From an uncultured Gammaproteobacteria bacterium (lineage in GTDB: Bacteria; Patescibacteriota; Patescibacteriia; UBA10025; JAHIVO01), in assembly GCA_964415025.1 (NCBI GenBank), contig CAYPXF010000006.1, positions 58-64,057 on the forward strand: a stretch of DNA of 64,000 nt. The letters run 5' to 3'. Of this stretch, positions 37,452-47,091 are shown piece after piece (position 1 is the stretch's first letter; the number at the start of each line of letters is the position of its first letter). The notes beneath the pieces are model-generated. The model did no database searches. It had not been told where the DNA came from and saw nothing but the letters and a program-made list of their open reading frames with translations. The translations under genes were made by a program, and so were the position numbers.

Positions 37452-37952
37452 TTATTTATCCTCTTTGCCACGCGATGCGAGCTGGCGGTCCAGCATATAA
37501 AGCGCACTGGCATTATCCCCCACCTGACGGAGCATCTCCACGATTTCCAAGGTACTGGATTCCTCCTCTACCTGCTCGTCAATAAACCACGTTAAGAATT
37601 GCTCAAACGCGTAGTCTTTTTCATTCTGCGCCAGCGCATACAAATCATGGATCATGCCCGTGACTTTTTGCTCATGCTCATAGGCTAGTGAGAAGGCCTT
37701 AACAGGATCAGGAAATGTGGCCGGCGGCTGGTTAATAGCCTTCAGCTCGGGCTTCCCGCCGACATCAAACAAAAAGTTATAAAATTTCATCGCGTGCTCA
37801 ACTTCTTCGGCTGCTTGCTGCTGGAGCCAGCTGGCAAAACCTTTCAGATTATTCTCCTCATAGTGTGCTGCCAGTGCCAGATAGAGATACGCTGAATACA
37901 GCTCGGCATTGATTTGGTTATTTATCGCGTCTTGAATTTTTTTATTTACCAT
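37452..37952 (-). CDS. ftnA: Non-heme ferritin
   Basis: QINAELYSAYLY, EEVEHAMK, HEQKVT, WFIDEQVEEE. Confidence 0.95.
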   Translation of the reverse strand: MVNKKIQDAINNQINAELYSAYLYLALAAHYEENNLKGFASWLQQQAAEEVEHAMKFYNFLFDVGGKPELKAINQPPATFPDPVKAFSLAYEHEQKVTGMIHDLYALAQNEKDYAFEQFLTWFIDEQVEEESSTLEIVEMLRQVGDNASALYMLDRQLASRGKEDK

Positions 37953-37964
37953 ATAGTTTGTCAG

Positions 37965-38588
37965 TTACTTAGTTAAGAGTAATATTTCATAACGGCTGCC
38001 CACTTGGCTCCAGTTTACCACATTCCACCACGCTTTGATATAGTCAGGCCGTCTGTTTTGGTAGTGCAAATAATACGCATGCTCCCATACATCGAGCAGT
38101 AAAAGCGGTACCGCGCCTGCTGACAGCGGTGAATCCTGGTTTGACGTCTGCATAACAGACAGTGCCCCGGCTTCTGCCACCAGCCAGGCCCAGCCAGAAC
38201 CAAACTGGGTCGTAGCCATCTCCGTAAACTGTTCCTGAAATTTTTCAAACGAGCCAAAATCCCTGTTAATCGCTTGCATCAGCTTACCGGTCGGCTTGCC
38301 GCCGCCCTCTGGGCTCATGCTCTCCCAAAAAAGCGCATGGTTTACGTGGCCGCCGCCGTTATTTCTGACGGCCGTGCGTATATCATCAGGCACGTCGGTC
38401 AGCTTGGCCAGCAGTTCCTCTGGTTTAGTATCAAACAGTTCTGGATGCTTGGCCACTGCCGCATTGAGCTTTGCAGTATACCCGGCATGGTGCTTATCAT
38501 GGTGTATAGTCATGGTTTGCGCATCAATATGCGGCTCCAGCGCATCATACGGATAGGGCAGGTCGGGGGTGATGTATTGTTTAGGCAT
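37965..38588 (-). CDS. sodA: Fe/Mn superoxide dismutase (Mn-type signature)
   Basis: [31 protein letters not shown]. Confidence 0.95.
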   Translation of the reverse strand: MPKQYITPDLPYPYDALEPHIDAQTMTIHHDKHHAGYTAKLNAAVAKHPELFDTKPEELLAKLTDVPDDIRTAVRNNGGGHVNHALFWESMSPEGGGKPTGKLMQAINRDFGSFEKFQEQFTEMATTQFGSGWAWLVAEAGALSVMQTSNQDSPLSAGAVPLLLLDVWEHAYYLHYQNRRPDYIKAWWNVVNWSQVGSRYEILLLTK

Positions 38589-38604
38589 ATATTAATATGT
38601 TAAT

Positions 38605-38850
38605 GAATTAATTTCTAATACCTAATTTCTAATTAATGGCTAATGGCTTTATTAAACAATTAGACATTAGTTAATTGGGATTTGATGAGCCTTCGGCCCT
38701 GTCATCGACTCCGAGGTCTGACGACCTCGTCGCTCCCATTCGGGCCTGAGGGCCCTTTAGGGCCTCGAACGGCAAACTCGAGGAGAGGGGTCAGGCCCTC
38801 GAAGAGAAATTACCCGTCCGCCATAGCTACGCTCTGGCGTAGGGGGCGGG
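38605..38850. repeat. Cluster of palindromic elements (AT-rich heptad palindrome and GC-rich REP-like hairpins)
   Basis: TAATTTC/TAATGGC units opposed by ATTAG units; nested CTTCG..CGAAG hairpins; CCCGTCCGCCATAGCTACGCTCTGGCGTAGGGGGCGGG. Confidence 0.6.
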
Positions 38851-38861
38851 GAAATTCTTAA

Positions 38862-39239
38862 TTAGTATTTTTTATTATTAATTGCTTCCCGGAGCGCTTG
38901 CAGTGAAACAAGGGCACATTTCTTTCTGGCCGGACTGATCGGTGCCTGCAGATCATGAAAAAAATCCTCATCTGTATAGTGCTTGAGTTCGTCGATTGTC
39001 TTCCCCTTGACCGCTTCGGTCAGGATTGAAGCGGCTGCTTTGGCTAGGCTGCAGCCCACGCCAGAAAATTTAATATCTGTGATTACATCGTGATCGTCAG
39101 TTTTATAGGCCATAATAATCTGATCACCGCACATGGGATTTTTCTTTTCGGCGCGGGCATCAGCGTGTTTGAGCTCGCCGAAATTACGGGGGTTATCATA
39201 GTGATCCATGATTATGGCGCGGTACATATCGAAGCTCAT
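38862..39239 (-). CDS. sufU: SUF system SufU (NifU-like)
   Basis: IMDHYDNPRNFG, NPMCGD, GVGCSLAKA, RKKCA. Confidence 0.92.
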   Translation of the reverse strand: MSFDMYRAIIMDHYDNPRNFGELKHADARAEKKNPMCGDQIIMAYKTDDHDVITDIKFSGVGCSLAKAAASILTEAVKGKTIDELKHYTDEDFFHDLQAPISPARKKCALVSLQALREAINNKKY

Positions 39240-40468
39240 ATGCTGAATAGTTGTTTAGCTTTGTTAATCGCTTTTACTAATGCGTCAATATCATCAGGCG
39301 TATTATAGACATACAGGCTTGCCCGGGCGGTACCGGCCGGCACACCCAGCCGCTCGTGCAGCGGTTGGGCACAGTGATGTCCGGCGCGTATTGCTACGTG
39401 CAGCTCGTCAAAAATTGAGGCAATGTCATGCGGATGCATAGTGCCAATACCAAACGCGATTGCCCCACCGCGATCAGTGACTTCGTCAGGGCCGAAGATT
39501 TTCACCGCCGAGATGTCATGCAATCGCTCCAGAGCGATCTTAGTCAGCGCCTGCTCATGAGCAAAAATATTGTCCAGGTCAAGTGACGATATATATTCGA
39601 TGGCAGCGCCAAACCCAATTACTTCAGCTATCGCCGGTGTGCCTGCCTCGAATTTATGCGGCAGATCATTCCACGCTGCCTCCTGCTTAGTTACATGAAC
39701 GATCATATCGCCGCCAGTCAAAAACGGTGGCATCTCCTGGAGCAGCCGTTGCCTACCGTACAGCACGCCAACACCGGTTGGCCCCATCATCTTATGCGAG
39801 GAAAACACATAAAAATCCGCGTCCAGATCCTGGACATCAACAGGAAAATGCGGCACACTTTGCGCGCCGTCAACCAATACTAGCGCATCCGCATGTATAG
39901 TACGAATCTTAGCAACAATTTCTTTTACCGGATTAATCGTGCCGAGTACGTTTGACATATGAGTAAACGCGACCAGTTTGGTTTTATCAGAAACAAGATC
40001 GCCCAGTTTGGATACGTCCAGCCGTCCGTTATCCGTAATAGGGATGTATTTGAGACGAGCGCCTTTTTCGCGGGTTAACCGCTGCCACGGTACAATATTT
40101 GCGTGATGCTCCATTTCCGTAATCAAAATTTCATCGCCTGCCTGGATATGCTGACGTCCCCACGTATACGCGACGAGATTTATGCTTTCCGTGGCATTAC
40201 GCGTAAAAATAATTTCCCCGGTGCTGGCCGCGTTAATCAATGCGCGTACTTTTTCACGGACATTTTCATACGCCTCGGAAGATCGCTCGGACAGCTGGTA
40301 TATGCCGCGATGTACATTTGCATAATACTGCTCATAGCAGTCCTTGATTGCGTCAATCACTGCCTGCGGTTTCTGTGTGCTGGCAGCCGAATCCAAAAAA
40401 ACCAAGTCTGGATTATTGGCGAACACAGGAAAAAAATTTTTAACCGTTTCTGGCGCTAATTGGATCAT
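39236..40468 (-). CDS. sufS: Cysteine desulfurase SufS
   Basis: LDSAASTQKP, ANVHRG, SSHKMMGP, RAGHHCAQPL. Confidence 0.96.
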   Translation of the reverse strand: MIQLAPETVKNFFPVFANNPDLVFLDSAASTQKPQAVIDAIKDCYEQYYANVHRGIYQLSERSSEAYENVREKVRALINAASTGEIIFTRNATESINLVAYTWGRQHIQAGDEILITEMEHHANIVPWQRLTREKGARLKYIPITDNGRLDVSKLGDLVSDKTKLVAFTHMSNVLGTINPVKEIVAKIRTIHADALVLVDGAQSVPHFPVDVQDLDADFYVFSSHKMMGPTGVGVLYGRQRLLQEMPPFLTGGDMIVHVTKQEAAWNDLPHKFEAGTPAIAEVIGFGAAIEYISSLDLDNIFAHEQALTKIALERLHDISAVKIFGPDEVTDRGGAIAFGIGTMHPHDIASIFDELHVAIRAGHHCAQPLHERLGVPAGTARASLYVYNTPDDIDALVKAINKAKQLFSI

Positions 40469-41126
40469 GGTAATCAAATGATGCTAAAATATCTTTTTGC
40501 CAGCGCTTAATCACTGGTTTGAAAAACCCGCTGATGATCAAACACCGGGCCATATCCGGCTGAATGCCGCGGGCAGTCAGGTAAAAGAGCTGTTCGCGGT
40601 CCACTCGTCCTGTCGTAGAACCATGTGAAGCCCGTACATCGTTTGCCCGTATTTCTAGATTTGGTACAGAAACCGCCATAGCCTGGTCAAACAGCAAAAT
40701 ATTATCGGAAAAATATGAGATGGTCTGCTGCGCTTTTTTATCTATCCGTATCATGCCGGTAAATAACCCGCGAGCAGCATCCTGATATGTCCCGCGTATC
40801 AGTATATCACCTTTGGTACGCTGTGTCGTATGCCGCATTGTCACATCAAACATATGATCGTCCTTACCCTGGCCATGGAAAATACCCGATACCCATCCCT
40901 CCGCACCATGACCAGCCAGCGTAATATTGACGGTGTTATTCCGTTTGGCCTTGTCCTGAACCAGCGTAATTACATGGACGACGGCATTGCGCCTGGCTGT
41001 AATATTGAGCGAGCCGCTCGACTGCAGTAGTACGGTAACCTGTGTATTTGCCGCGGCTTCGATAATGTTCTCTTCCTGGTTAATAACTATCGTCTGATTT
41101 TTTGTAATAATCCTTGCTTTGGACAT
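40440..41126 (-). CDS. sufD: SufD-family protein (short form)
   Basis: PNLEIRANDVRASHGST, LFYLTARGI. Confidence 0.85.
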   Translation of the reverse strand: MSKARIITKNQTIVINQEENIIEAAANTQVTVLLQSSGSLNITARRNAVVHVITLVQDKAKRNNTVNITLAGHGAEGWVSGIFHGQGKDDHMFDVTMRHTTQRTKGDILIRGTYQDAARGLFTGMIRIDKKAQQTISYFSDNILLFDQAMAVSVPNLEIRANDVRASHGSTTGRVDREQLFYLTARGIQPDMARCLIISGFFKPVIKRWQKDILASFDYHDPISARNG

Positions 41127-41134
41127 TGACTAAT

Positions 41135-41268
41135 AATTATCAATTATCAATTTTCAAATCACAAACATCAAATAATAATCAAACTTCAATATTCAAATGT
41201 TCTAAAAATTATTTTTTGGAAATTAAACATTGGAATTTATTTGGGGATTGTTAATTTATTATTGGTAA
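41135..41268. repeat. AT-rich imperfect palindrome built from ~7-nt units
   Basis: CAATTAT/CAATTTT/CAAAT units in the first half, ATTGG/ATTTGG/ATTG units in the second half. Confidence 0.6.
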
Positions 41269-41269
41269 T

Positions 41270-42673
41270 TTATCCCACACTGCCCTCCATCTCCAGCTGG
41301 ATAAGCCGGTTCAGCTCCACCGCGTATTCCAGGGGAATTTCCTTAGCAATCGGCTCAATAAAACCGGATACGATCATGGACATGGCCTCTGCTTCTAATA
41401 AACCGCGACTCATCAGGTAAAATAATTGCTCTTCGCCAACTTTGCCGACCGAGGCCTCGTGACCGATACAGGTGTCACTTTCCTTGATATCCATAGTCGG
41501 ATAGGTATCTGAACGCGCATTCGCGTCTAATAAAAGCGCGTCACATACAACATTAGATTTGCATCCCCGCATACCGCGTGGCACCTTAACCAGGCCGCGG
41601 TACGAGGCACGGCCGGATTGTTTTGAAATAGATTTTGAAATAATCGAGGATGATGTCTCCGGCGCGCCATGGATAGCCTTGGCCCCGGCATCCTGATGCA
41701 TGCCCTGGCTGGCAAAGGCGATAGAGAGCACTTCGCCCTTAGCTTTTGGGCCGAGTAAATACACTGCCGGATATTTCATAGTCACCCTACTACCGAGATT
41801 GCCGTCAACCCATTCCATGGTACCCTCACTATGGACGTAGCTGCGTTTGGTAACCAAATTGTACACATTTTTTGACCAGTTCTGTACCGTAGTGTAGCGT
41901 ACCCGAGCACCTGGCTGGACAATTACTTCTACGACAGCGGCATGCAGCGATCCAGTCGAGTAAATTGGCGCTGTACATCCCTCTACATAATGGACATACG
42001 AACCCGGCTCGGCAATAATCAGCGTCCGCTCAAACTGGCCGGCCTTTTCCGCGTTGATGCGGAAGTAAGCCTGTAGCGGAAAATCAACTTTGACACCGGC
42101 CGGCACATAGACAAAACTACCGCCTGACCAGACAGCAGTATTGAGCGCAGCAAACTTATTATCACCAGCCGGCACGACTGTGCCAAAATAACGTTTAATA
42201 ATTTCAGGGTATTTACGGAGAGCATCATCCATATCTGTAAAAACAACGCCCTGCTGTTCTAGCTGTTCACGCACGTTCGAATATACTGATTCAGACTCAT
42301 ACTGGGCCATGACGCCTGCAAGGTGTTTTTGTTCAGCCTGCGGTATGCCGAGCCGCTCATATGTTTTGCGAATAGTAGACGGCACGCTTTCCCATGTCCG
42401 TACTGGTTTATCAGTCGGTTTGAGATAATAATATATATCATTAAAATCAATAGCTGACAAATCAGCGCCCCAGGTGGGCATTTTCTTTTTACAAAACATA
42501 TCATACGCGCGCAAACGGATTTTTTGCATCCAATCAGGCTCATGCTTGATACGCGAAATCTCCTCGACCCTTTTTTTGTTCAGTCCTTTTTTCGAGCTAT
42601 ATAAATATTGCACGTCATCCGGACGCTCCTTTTCCGCTGTTTTATTCAATTGTTTAAGCACAGTATTCCCCAC
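41270..42673 (-). CDS. sufB: Fe-S assembly protein SufB
   Basis: [48 protein letters not shown]. Confidence 0.97.
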   Translation of the reverse strand: MGNTVLKQLNKTAEKERPDDVQYLYSSKKGLNKKRVEEISRIKHEPDWMQKIRLRAYDMFCKKKMPTWGADLSAIDFNDIYYYLKPTDKPVRTWESVPSTIRKTYERLGIPQAEQKHLAGVMAQYESESVYSNVREQLEQQGVVFTDMDDALRKYPEIIKRYFGTVVPAGDNKFAALNTAVWSGGSFVYVPAGVKVDFPLQAYFRINAEKAGQFERTLIIAEPGSYVHYVEGCTAPIYSTGSLHAAVVEVIVQPGARVRYTTVQNWSKNVYNLVTKRSYVHSEGTMEWVDGNLGSRVTMKYPAVYLLGPKAKGEVLSIAFASQGMHQDAGAKAIHGAPETSSSIISKSISKQSGRASYRGLVKVPRGMRGCKSNVVCDALLLDANARSDTYPTMDIKESDTCIGHEASVGKVGEEQLFYLMSRGLLEAEAMSMIVSGFIEPIAKEIPLEYAVELNRLIQLEMEGSVG

Positions 42674-42703
42674 TATATATACCTCTTAATTACTAGTTAC
42701 TAA

Positions 42704-43450
42704 TTACTTCTTCATCAGCCAATCATATCCCTTCTTCTCCACCTGCGTGGCCAACTGCTTGTTTCCGGTCTTAGCAATCTTTCCGTCAATCATGATATGT
42801 ACTTTGTCTGGCTTGATATAGCGTAATATTCTGCAATAATGAGTAATCAATAAGATGCTAAGCCGCCTGTGCTGGGAGGCGACCGCCGAAAGACCTCGAG
42901 CAACTGTCTTGAGCGCGTCCACATCCAGCCCAGAGTCAGTTTCGTCCAGAATAGCCATGGTCGGCGCCAACGCTGCCATCTGCAGGATTTCTGATTTTTT
43001 CTTTTCACCGCCAGAAAAGCCTTCGTTGAGCGAACGCTTAGCAAAGGCTCGGCCCGCTTTCATTAATTCTAGTTTTTTCTGAAAATATATATGAAAATCA
43101 ACTACTGATAACGGTGCGTCGGGATGTATATTATTATACGCAGTGCGTAGAAACTGTTCGAGAGCCAAGCCCGGCACTTCTACTGGATACTGAAATGAGA
43201 GAAACAGCCCGAGCGCGGCCCGCTCCTCCGGTGGGAGGGTATTGATGCGCTTCCCCTGCATCATGATACTGCCGCGGGTGATGCGATACCCGGGATGCCC
43301 CATAATCACCGAGGCCAATGTGGACTTGCCTGAACCATTGGGCCCCATCAAGGCGTGGATTTTTCCCGGCTTGATGCTAAGAGTGACTCCATTGAGAATT
43401 TTTGTATCCCCTGACTTCACGTGCAAGTTTTTTATAGCTAACATGCTCAT
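42704..43450 (-). CDS. sufC: Fe-S assembly ATPase SufC
   Basis: GPNGSGKST, FQYPVEVPG, GFSGGEKK, LDETDSGLDVD, ITHY. Confidence 0.96.
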   Translation of the reverse strand: MSMLAIKNLHVKSGDTKILNGVTLSIKPGKIHALMGPNGSGKSTLASVIMGHPGYRITRGSIMMQGKRINTLPPEERAALGLFLSFQYPVEVPGLALEQFLRTAYNNIHPDAPLSVVDFHIYFQKKLELMKAGRAFAKRSLNEGFSGGEKKKSEILQMAALAPTMAILDETDSGLDVDALKTVARGLSAVASQHRRLSILLITHYCRILRYIKPDKVHIMIDGKIAKTGNKQLATQVEKKGYDWLMKK

Positions 43451-43473
43451 GGTATAAGGTAATTAATATACTT

Positions 43474-44019
43474 TTATTGCCGTTGCTTCGCGTAAAACGT
43501 ACAGCTTACCCGGAACCCGCAGGCATGGCATAGCCGCTGGTTAGTTACCTGCCTGGTAACCGTGCCGCACGCCGTACAGTGGTCATGCGCCGGCTTTTTT
43601 TTGGCGCACGCAACACACAGGCCCCGAATCTGATAATTATCCATACGTGGCACAAAATGTTGATCGCTCACCAGCTGCTGTATTTGGTAGGCAAGTGAAT
43701 CATCGTATACATCACTAATCCGGCCGCATCTTTCACAAATACAGTGAAAGTGTGCGCCCACATGCCCGTCATAATGGCTGATTTTATCCACCATAAATTC
43801 CTTAATATAGCCACGGGCCGCTAAAAAATTGAGGTTGCGGTAAACCGTACCAAAGCTAATGCGCTTATTGGTCCGCTGTACTGCGCGATAGACTGCTTCA
43901 GCGGTCGGGTGCGTATCTGCGCTACGTACGTGTTCCAGGATAGCCGCGCGCTGTTTCGTGAGTCGCCATGTTCTGTCAACATGAGGAGCAGCAGTATGTT
44001 GTCGTACTCTTTTTTTCAT
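43474..44019 (-). CDS. Fur/PerR-family regulator with extra Cys-rich tail
   Basis: RLTKQRAAIL, HPTAEAVY, GTVYRNL, HFHCICERC, GLCVAC, plus CTAC/CHAC extension. Confidence 0.9.
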   Translation of the reverse strand: MKKRVRQHTAAPHVDRTWRLTKQRAAILEHVRSADTHPTAEAVYRAVQRTNKRISFGTVYRNLNFLAARGYIKEFMVDKISHYDGHVGAHFHCICERCGRISDVYDDSLAYQIQQLVSDQHFVPRMDNYQIRGLCVACAKKKPAHDHCTACGTVTRQVTNQRLCHACGFRVSCTFYAKQRQ

Positions 44020-44027
44020 GGAAGACT

Positions 44028-44083
44028 AATTGAGAATGATTCTTATTAAGATTTAGTATACCTATCGCCATCCGCTGCGTCAA
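44028..44083 (-). promoter_or_regulatory. sigma70 promoter with Fur-like 7-1-7 box
   Basis: TTGACG-17 nt-TATACT (44083-44055); TGAGAAT-G-ATTCTTA at 44031-44045, just downstream of the predicted start site. Confidence 0.75.
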
Positions 44084-44270
44084 GCGGGCATCCCCCCCCT
44101 CTGACAAACGGCTGTAACAGGCTGCTGCTACCGCGTGGCATGATAATAGTCCGTATTATACATACCGTCGGTTTTTGAAATCCCGATCAGAAAAACCGCA
44201 TATTGCCGGGTGCGGGACAGATGGACTAGGGTGGGGCGTTATGTTTAGAATTCTGCTAGACCCTGTTTTA

Positions 44271-44604
44271 TGTATAGTTAACAGTCAATGATGACACTTT
44301 GGAGCACTTTTTCTTGTGGGGTGAGCCCTTTTAAAGATAGATGTAAGCATTCAAAGTTATAGTATCGTAGCCACTCATAGGGTGCCTGCCACACTCTCTG
44401 GGGATTATAGTAGAATGTCTTACGGGAAATGCCGAATATCTGGCAGGTTTCCTTAACTGGACGATGGCACTTATCAACCTGGTGATACCACCTGAATCTC
44501 TGTTCTCGGTCGTATTTTGGCTTAGTCATAGGGTTAAAGGGTTAATAGTTAACAGGTGTCACCCTATTATACCCCATGTGTCACCCTGTCGTGTTAACTG
44601 TAGA
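44271..44604 (-). mobile_element. Internally deleted IS481-family element (MITE-like) with a fused transposase remnant at 44278-44529
   Basis: Imperfect 26-bp TIRs TGTATAGTTAACAGTCAATGATGACA / TCTACAGTTAACACGACAGGGTGACA; the ORF joins an HTH (ETCQIFGISRKTFY) to the integrase-core C-terminus (WLRYYNFECLHLSLKGLTP). Confidence 0.8.
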
Positions 44605-44609
44605 AGGTA

Positions 44610-44638
44610 TTGACATTCATGTTAGTACTGCATATACT
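44610..44638 (+). promoter_or_regulatory. Near-consensus sigma70 promoter
   Basis: TTGACA-17 nt-TATACT. Confidence 0.75.
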
Positions 44639-44677
44639 GAACTAATATTTATGACCTTTTACCAATAGGAGGCAGTC

Positions 44678-45037
44678 ATGGCACCATGTCACACACATAC
44701 AGTGCTTGATGGTCCTGTTTGCGTGATAACAATCACCGGCACACTCTATCATGAAGATGTTATCAGTGTCAGTGATAGTATTAAATCGGTCTTTGAAGCA
44801 GGTGCAGACATTCTTATAATTGACTTGAGCCAGCTCGCATACCTGCACTCAAAAGGCTTAGGAGCGCTCCTTGCTGCTCTAAAATACGCCCAGAAATGGA
44901 ATGCAACTATTGCGATTCTCCGACCCTCTGAAAAAGTTAAAGAGCTTTTGAAAATTACCAAGCTTGATCAGATTTTCGACGTTTACTATGACAACCTCGA
45001 CTATGTCAAGAAAATGCTCCTCGCCAAACATGAATAA
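44678..45037 (+). CDS. STAS-domain anti-sigma-factor antagonist
   Basis: IIDLSQLAYLHSKGLGAL, VKELLKITKLDQIF; AGGAGG SD. Confidence 0.88.
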   Translation: MAPCHTHTVLDGPVCVITITGTLYHEDVISVSDSIKSVFEAGADILIIDLSQLAYLHSKGLGALLAALKYAQKWNATIAILRPSEKVKELLKITKLDQIFDVYYDNLDYVKKMLLAKHE

Positions 45038-45120
45038 CGATAACCGGCCTTAACGGACAAATAAGGCCGGTTTTATTATACTTGCTATCAGCAATAAAAA
45101 TGCTTATACTATAGTAATAT

Positions 45121-45999
45121 ATGGCAGCCATCGAGGTACACAATCTAAAAAAATACTTTGGTAAAACAAAGGCTGTTGACGATATTACCTTTAGCGTAGA
45201 CCAAGGGGAAATTTTCGGTTTTCTCGGGCCCAACGGCGCCGGTAAAACAACTGCCATCCGCTGCATGATGGATTTTCTCCGTCCGACTGACGGAGCCGTG
45301 ACCATCTTTGATATGGACAGCCAGCAAGACAGCGTAGCAATTAATGCAAAAATTGGCTTCCTCTCCGGATATGTCAGGCTGAACGAGCGGTGGTCAGGAC
45401 AGGATCACATTGATTTTATCCGGAAACTAAACGGTATTAAGGAGCGGCCCACTGCATTGTGCGAGCGGCTAAATTTTAATCCGGATATTAGATCAAAAAG
45501 CCTGTCGTCAGGAAACAGGCAAAAGCTTGGTATTATCATGGCCATGATGAAGCGGCCGGAGTTACTGATTATGGACGAGCCGACCAATGGCCTCGATCCC
45601 CTGCTGCAACAGGAGGTGTACGCCATGCTCGGTGAAGCGATTGAGCGCGGCGCTACCGTCTTCATGTCGTCGCACAATTTGGCGGAAGTTGAGCGCGTCT
45701 GTGATCGCGTGGCAATTATCAAACAGGGTAAGCTGGTAGCCACAGAAAGCATTGCTTCACTGAAAAAAAAGAAGATTAACACCGTACACGCCTATTTTGA
45801 TGAGCCGGTAGATAAAAACGAATTTAAACTGGATAATATTGAGCTGGAAAAATCCGTTGATCATACGCTCATCCTAAAAGCAAAAGGAGATATCAACCCC
45901 CTAATCAAGAAACTCGCCGAGTATAGACTCAATGATCTGGATATTTCCCAGGCATCACTTGAAGATATTTTCCTCGAATATTACGAAAAGGAAAAATAA
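45121..45999 (+). CDS. ABC-2 type exporter ATP-binding protein
   Basis: GPNGAGKTT, LSSGNRQK, MDEPTNGLDP, SSHNL. Confidence 0.93.
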   Translation: MAAIEVHNLKKYFGKTKAVDDITFSVDQGEIFGFLGPNGAGKTTAIRCMMDFLRPTDGAVTIFDMDSQQDSVAINAKIGFLSGYVRLNERWSGQDHIDFIRKLNGIKERPTALCERLNFNPDIRSKSLSSGNRQKLGIIMAMMKRPELLIMDEPTNGLDPLLQQEVYAMLGEAIERGATVFMSSHNLAEVERVCDRVAIIKQGKLVATESIASLKKKKINTVHAYFDEPVDKNEFKLDNIELEKSVDHTLILKAKGDINPLIKKLAEYRLNDLDISQASLEDIFLEYYEKEK

Positions 46000-46001
46000 T
46001 T

Positions 46002-46805
46002 ATGGGAACAATCATCCTCCGCTTACTAAAGGACAGACGCATTTCAATCATGGTGTATTCAGTATCCGGCATTTTACTGTTGTGGATGTATATCGCCATG
46101 TTCCCCGGTATCCGTGATTCAGCAGAACAGTTTAACGAAGTACTGCAAAACTACCCAAAGGAGTTTTTCAAGGTTTTTAATATAGAGGAGCTTAATTTTG
46201 CCCAGATTGAAAACTTCCTGGCAGTCGAACATTTCAGTATAGTCTGGCCGCTGCTGGTTATCTTCTTGTCTATTTCCTTTGCCACCTTAAGCATTGCTAC
46301 CGGCATTGAGCGCGGCACTATTGAGCTGGTCTTGGCACAGCCGATTTCCCGTCTAAAACTGTTTACCGGACGGTATATAGCCGGATTGATCGCCCTGGTT
46401 ATATTTGCTGTTTGTTCGATTTTTGCGGTAGCACCGCTGTCCGAGCTGCATAGTGTCGAGTATCGGTTTTCTCATTTCTTAAATGTCGCGTTGCTTTCAT
46501 TCTTATTCGGTTGGGCTGTATACAGTGTTGCGTTCTTATTTTCTGCGCTCTTTTCCGAGCGGAGCAAGTCGTTTATGGGTACTGGCATACTGCTCATCCT
46601 GATGTATGTGCTGAATATTATTGCCAATCTCAAGGATAATCTCAATGACCTCAAATACGGATCGTTTTTCTACTATTACAAATACAATGCCGCCCTGGTC
46701 AAGGGAGAGCTCGATACGACCTCAATCCTGGTATTTGCCGGAGTAATAATTGCTTTTACCCTAGCCGCCGCCTGGTGGTTCCGCCGCCGGGATATTGCCG
46801 TATAA
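46002..46805 (+). CDS. ABC-2 type exporter permease
   Basis: 6 TMs, ERGTIELVLAQPISR, FRRRDI end. Confidence 0.9.
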   Translation: MGTIILRLLKDRRISIMVYSVSGILLLWMYIAMFPGIRDSAEQFNEVLQNYPKEFFKVFNIEELNFAQIENFLAVEHFSIVWPLLVIFLSISFATLSIATGIERGTIELVLAQPISRLKLFTGRYIAGLIALVIFAVCSIFAVAPLSELHSVEYRFSHFLNVALLSFLFGWAVYSVAFLFSALFSERSKSFMGTGILLILMYVLNIIANLKDNLNDLKYGSFFYYYKYNAALVKGELDTTSILVFAGVIIAFTLAAAWWFRRRDIAV

Positions 46806-46847
46806 AAAAAGCCCTCATCGTACAGATAAGGGCGTAAACTTCCTCCC

Positions 46848-47042
46848 TTAATACCTATGGCAACGGGAGTATTTGTGGTTATCGAGTCGCGCTTTCTGCT
46901 CCGCAGTAACCTGACAATTATGCTTAAACGGCTGGATTGAACATTCGAGCACCCATTCGTCTTCATAATAGCTTAAACGCAGCGTACCGCTACAGTGCTC
47001 CACCGGACACTGATCACCTTCTGCTAAACCATTAAAAATCAT
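46848..47042 (-). CDS. Small Cys/His-rich protein, possible Zn ribbon
   Basis: GGAGGAGG SD; CPVEHCSG...LECS...HNC. Confidence 0.55.
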   Translation of the reverse strand: MIFNGLAEGDQCPVEHCSGTLRLSYYEDEWVLECSIQPFKHNCQVTAEQKARLDNHKYSRCHRY

Positions 47043-47091
47043 CAAAACCTCCTCCAGACATATTGCCTGCTGTTTTTCTAAAGAGCTGCCA

